From Chrysomallon squamiferum (lineage: Eukaryota; Animalia; Mollusca): 64,000 bases of DNA. The stretch's first letter is position 1; the number at the start of each line of letters is the position of its first letter. Positions 58,171-64,000 of this stretch are shown piece by piece. The notes below the pieces were generated by a model that saw only the letters and a list, made by a program, of their open reading frames with translations, did no database searches and was not told the origin of the DNA. The DNA lies in assembly GCA_012295275.1 (NCBI GenBank), contig CM022665.1:25110001-25174000 (forward strand), read 5' to 3'. The translations under genes were made by a program, and so were the position numbers.

Positions 58171-59967
58171 TTGACAGATATAAATTTTACCTATGCTTTA
58201 TGCCACAAACACTACAACAAAGATAAATAACCTTTCTTACATTTTAGAGATGATCTTACAACAAAAGTGTAGAGTCCATTTTCCTACAGTCCATGTTACT
58301 CAAGGAACATTGCTGGCTTAAGATAAGAAAATACACCCTTCTTTTAATTCTGCTGGCTTTTACATGACAGTCATGATGATTGGCTTAAGACTGCTGCTTT
58401 TACACATCCATAATTCATCTTGACCTCAATTCCCAGTTAACCACTACTATGAGCATAAAAGGTTGAGAGTGTGCTAACTTTAAATTTTAAAAATATTACA
58501 ATCTTTAAACTGAACCAAAGAGCATTTGATCCTTCAAGCCATCATATCTTAGGCAAATATTCTCAATCCATAGCTTTCTTTTAAGTTATAATACTTTTTT
58601 CTTTTTCTTCTTCTTATATTTCAGTAAATACTTTAAAACTAAAATGTTTCCATCTTTTGTTCCAAATGACATCAATTGGTGAGATCAATAAACTGTAATA
58701 TTAGAATGAAATTCATTTGTAAAATGAATGAATTCCTTAAGGCATGAAAATAATTATCAAAGCCAGCTTCCAGCAGAAATATTTGGTTCCAGGTCTGTAA
58801 ATACATGATTGGGATTACATCTATCAATCTAATTACATACAGCCTGCCATTACCACCAACAAAAAGATCAGGAGGAAAAATAAAACTTGATTCAGTATTC
58901 ATGAAGGCATAAATCAATGATTTTGTATTTCTTTTTTTCTCTTTTTTTGGGGTGGGGTGGATTAGCTACAAAAGGAAAGGAAGATAGTCCTGGATGCAGC
59001 ATTTTCTAACTAAAATATTGAGACAAATTATGTCATGGTTCACAACTTTACTGGAACAACTATCCAGTTCTTCAACCTCTTTTGGTAGACATTTATCATT
59101 TCTGATTATTTTGTTTTTAATCCTATTTTGACTTGCAAATGTCATGTTACATTTTGCCTTGTATACAAGAATATGTTCCAAGAAATGGAAACAGTGGGTT
59201 TATACAGATTTTTTCTGTTAATGTTTTATTATGCTTCCAGTAAATTCAAGTAAATTGAATTAAACATATCAGAATTTTGTAACATTATAGATTAATCAGT
59301 TATTATAAAGTATGAGAGAGAAATGACTTTTGGAAACATTATTTATAAAAGAAAGATCATCTGTAAAAATGTAATTTCCTTAAATAATTGCCAGCAATTG
59401 AAATATATAAAATATTTTATTAGTAGCATAACAGCATTGATCACTAAAAGAAAAATACTTTAATTCTATATGCACTTTCAAGCAGATGTGAAAGCATACA
59501 CTGATATACTAGTTTAAAAATTTATTTAAAAAAAATTCATTTTTAACATTAAAAACCCATAGTAGGATGTGCCTCTAGGCCAAAACTGTTGTAACTGATT
59601 AATACTGACATCAATTCATAGCCAAATAACCATTAAGAAGAAGAAAAAAAATTCCATTTCAAATATTAAAAATGTCACTAACAGCATGCTACTATAAAAT
59701 AATACTGGTAAAAGAGTCTGACAGTCAAAATAGCTCTCACAAATGAAATAAGAGAAATATCAATACTGAAGTCATGTCCAGATAACCATTAAGTAATTTA
59801 AACCAGTGTCAACAGAGCAAAGTGCTGAAGTACAGCATGGTCAGCATAAGAAATTCAGATTAAAAAGACATGATCTGATAATGACAATAATTTTTTTTTT
59901 AAAAAAGACATTTTGTAAATCTGTGTTTTTAACAACTGACATCTGTGCATTAAAATAGTTGTGCATG

Positions 59968-59969
<2 letters not shown>

Positions 59970-60004
<35 letters not shown>
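59970..60004. repeat. (TG)n microsatellite
   Basis: Directly visible. Confidence 0.95.
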
Positions 60005-60006
<2 letters not shown>

Positions 60007-61269
60007 ATGTATATGGTCCTCTGATTTCTAACAAGCTGGATGTACACAATAATAAAAACAAGATCAATAAAAACAGTTGTGACAGTCCTGCTTAGTATTG
60101 ATTCTGTAACTAACAGATTATTAGAAGTCAGACATAAAGAGACAGACAGATACAGACAGAAAAACAGAGAGAAAATTATGGAATGTATATATATTTTAAA
60201 CGATATGATGGTAGCACATTTAAATTTACAAGAATTTTAAATCTGTATTTGAAACAACAATCACAGACAAAAAGAAAAAGAAGACTTCATATTTTAAGTC
60301 ATAATTTGGAGTACAAAAATGTAAAGCTAGTACATCACATAAAGACATAAATACACAAAGACACATATAAACACACATACAAACACACACTTATTTCTGT
60401 TGTTCAGCTGAAATGAGAAATTGTTTAGCATTTGGAATGTACAGTTTCATGTCTATTCCTTCTCATGACAAACTATCTTTTATCTTTTTTTTATCTTTTT
60501 TTTTAATACACTTGAGTTATCAACAGCTGGATGTACAATATATTATTATATATATTATATCAAAAATTAAAACAATGTTAATGTAACACTAACATTTAGA
60601 AAAATGATAATTATTTATACCATATGGTTGTTCACTTAGGAAACAGTAATACACAATCATTGTGTTAAATAGCTATATCATATAAATTATACCTTGAATC
60701 ATAACAGCTCAACAAAATTTATTATATCATTGATAAATATTTGCATCAAGGAATTGATATTTTCCACCTGAGCTAACTACATGTTACCACTGACCAACCA
60801 TAAGCCTTTTTTTCTTGTTTTTTCTAAAATCTATCTGCTAAAGTTATTTCATATCCTGTCCTTAACAGTAATTCACAAAGATAATTGTTTAATTAGAAAA
60901 CCAATGTTATTGTATTTATAAATTATATTATCAGATAATTATAATATCCAGTATATATTCAGAGTAGAATCTTAGATATAAATTTACAGTCTGCATTAGG
61001 ATAAGAGCACTGAATAAAATTTACAGCGTACTTGGTTAGGCTGACTAATATATTAATATAGTAATATCACTAACAGCAAAGCAAATACATTCAGTAATGA
61101 GATATTAAAATTAACAATAACGGTACATGATGAAATTGAAATCTGGAAAGAGGTTAAGTGGTCAATTTACAGTTATAAATATAACAATGTTTTGTATACA
61201 ACAAAGTGCAAGTTGTCAGTTATCCATTATTAATATAATGTGAAACTGGACAGAACAAAACATGTCTGA

Positions 61270-61910
61270 ACTGGCAAAAATGTATCCATATGGTTACTTT
61301 TAACCCTGTTAACCATAAATTACTGTGTGGATAACACAAGTTGACAATATGCATTATTCATACACAAGAACCTGTCTTCAACAGGACAAAATAAGAATCT
61401 GCCTAGCTGGTAGTGTGAAAAACTGGTCAAATGAAATATATTCTGATCCATATGGCAACTGTTATAAAAATATAAATTACTTTATGAAAAGCACAAATTA
61501 ACAATATGTATTCATATTCAAGAAGCTCACTTACACAGCTGAAAATAAGAATCTGCCAAAACAGCAGAATCACAAATGGATAAAATAAAATACCTTTGGT
61601 CCATTTAATTACTGTTATAACTAAAATATTACCTTATGAAGAAGAACACAAGTTAACATCATGAATTTGTGTGTAACAAGCTGGCTTCAGCAACAGAAAA
61701 GAAGAATATGAAAACAGTTAAAATAAAAAATTGGCAGGATAAAATTCCTTTGATCCGTATGGCTACTATTAAAACAATTGACAAGCTGACAATATGAATT
61801 CATACACAATAGCCTGGCTTAAACAGCAGAAAACAAGAATTTACCAAACAGATAGAATCACAAGCTGGAACTAGACAAACATTCTTCTGATCCATATGTT
61901 TCCTATTATA
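61270..61910. repeat. Degenerate tandem repeat, ~155 bp unit, ~4 copies
   Basis: Anchors: (g/tg)atccatatgg variants at ~61282, 61444, 61598, 61751 and 61888, and ataagaatctgcc at 61391 and 61545. Confidence 0.8.
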
Positions 61911-64000
61911 AATAATATCAAACAGCAGACACTATATTCTACAAGAAAATAATAATAAATATGAAGCTAAGACTGTCTGGTAACTAAGACAACTGTATGT
62001 AAACAAAAACACTAAGACAGTAGAAATATAAACAGTAATACCTGTCATAAAGAGCAGTTCTGTACTGACTGATCTGTGTCTCTTTCCACTCATATATTAT
62101 ACACAATTACCATCACAGCTATACTTCCATGCAGTACTGGTTACTGAGGAAACACAGGCATGCAACAGGACGATCAAAATCCAATCTACATCATGGCTGA
62201 CTACTGCAGCCAGTGTTACGTACAGAACACCAACATCAACATTTACCCAAAAGTATTGCAGAAAATACTGTTAAATTGAGTAATAATAGCTGTAATCTTC
62301 TTGTCCCTAGACGAGAATGATTAATACACACACAAATGAGACTAAACTGCAGAAATTGTGAGTAGGCTGACTGTTGTTGCAAGTCAATTATTGTATTGAC
62401 TGGTAAAAGGTATCATGTTAGATTATGAATTTTTCAGCACTTAGTTACATTATTTTACAATTAATTAACATGGACATTTTTACTGGCATGGTTCTGCAGA
62501 GTGTCAGATAATTACAACTCATGTTTGTGTCAGAAAAATCAATAAACCTCTCCACATAATTTTCTGAGAAACAGCCAAGACTTGGATTTTCTTTTTAAAA
62601 AATGTATTATTATTACAATTATTATTATTATTCCTTCATTTTTTTTATTATTATATTATTATTATTATTATTATTTTTTTTTTTTAATTTTGTAAAAACT
62701 TTTACTCTTCAGCTTATTTTTGTAATCATTATTCTATTTGATTTTTGGAAAAAGTTTTTATGTTTATTTCCCATGACACTGTGAGATGAAATAATTATGT
62801 GATGGTTTCCATAGTGAAACTGTCAGAGATAACTCTGTGAACCATTTTTGTCAATGTGATAATTAGCTGTGACGCAATCTTCACTTTTTTTTTTTTTTTA
62901 ACTTAAACTCCGCAATTATCAGTACTTGTATTTATATACACAAATATATCTATGATTTATTGCATAATTATCTGTACACACAGATGCCAACAATGACTTT
63001 CATTACGGTATAAAATCATATAATGGCAATGTGTAAAAAAAAAATAATAATAATTATAATAAATAAATAACTTTAAAAATTAAAAATCCACAGAAGACAA
63101 AGAAAAGGTAGGGAAAAAAAATTCTCATGATTCATTTATATTATAATCATTCTTTACTTTAAAAAAAGAAAAAATATTATTAGTTTCCTGTTACATTTTA
63201 GATAACAGGATATGCTGACAGAAAAGATTTAACATGTTCTCTATGTCTGACAACTTATTAGCCAGAGTTATGTGACAAAGTCTAAATTCACTTTAAAATT
63301 TAACAAGTACTACAATACAGACATGCAAACACATTAATGAATGAAATTATTAATTAACAATTATTTGATATGAAACCAATTTTTTTTTATTTTTTTTTTA
63401 ACAATGATGATAATCTATTTTTTACTGTGGAGAAGTAATCCATGAACTCACCTTATCTCAAGCTGGATTCAAACCACTGAGCTGTAACATACTCTTTACA
63501 AAAAAGACTTAATAAATAATTCTAGTCTAACACTTAATAAAATTTAAAATAATAATAACAATAACAATAACAATAACAATAACAATAATGGCTAAAGAAG
63601 ATATATTAAACTGAGAAGATCATTCCAAAATATTTATGTGAATGAATTTTTGTAATTTTATTGTAAAAAAACAACAATAAAAGTCATAAATTATTTAAAA
63701 TATGTATCCAGAAGCTGTATTTAATTTATTTCATTGTAATACGTGTTACATATGAAGTATTCAAGTTTTTATGTGTGTATAATTAGAATATATTCATTAT
63801 GAATGATTATATTATAAAAATAACCTACTGTGATAAAAATCACTTGAAATGCGGAAAGATAACCTTTTAATTTTATACTATAGTTATACTATAGTAGATT
63901 TATTTAAATGTAATGGATATTTTGTAAATAATATTATGATCTTTTGTGGACAAAAACACACACACACACACTTTATTACATACATTTACCAGTCTAATTC

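Noticed and set aside
49600-64000. Many 60-96 aa ORFs in the right-hand region and in other introns
   Set aside because: Low-complexity translations of microsatellites and A/T tracts with no recognisable domains or consistent exon chains.

Overview
AT-rich, intron-containing animal genomic DNA, probably a mollusc/gastropod (inferred from the SINE relics and protein style, not proven). Exons were assembled by hand, checking GT-AG signals and codon phase. Five spliced protein-coding genes: (1) 5' part of SIRT2 (minus strand, runs off the left edge); (2) complete eIF4A3 (minus, 11 coding exons, 399 aa); (3) complete ALKBH6 (plus, 6 exons, 235 aa), head-to-head with eIF4A3 with only 304 bp between the ATGs; (4) a ~1100-aa secreted coiled-coil plus fibrinogen-domain (scabrous/angiopoietin-like) gene built around a single 2.57-kb exon (minus); (5) a TMEM63/CSC1/OSCA mechanosensitive channel (minus, 21 core coding exons, 769 aa) with three candidate frame-preserving cassette microexons (36, 24 and 30 nt) and uORFs. 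eIF4A3 intron 1 holds a Harbinger-type MITE (TAA target-site duplication, TSD) and a 1.94-kb hAT-like element with a perfect 7-bp TSD and two tandem right ends. Other repeats are mariner, RTE and SINE relics, degenerate minisatellites and microsatellites. The last ~14 kb has no recognisable coding sequence (likely TMEM63 5' intron or upstream DNA). No prokaryote-type systems or CRISPR arrays were seen.
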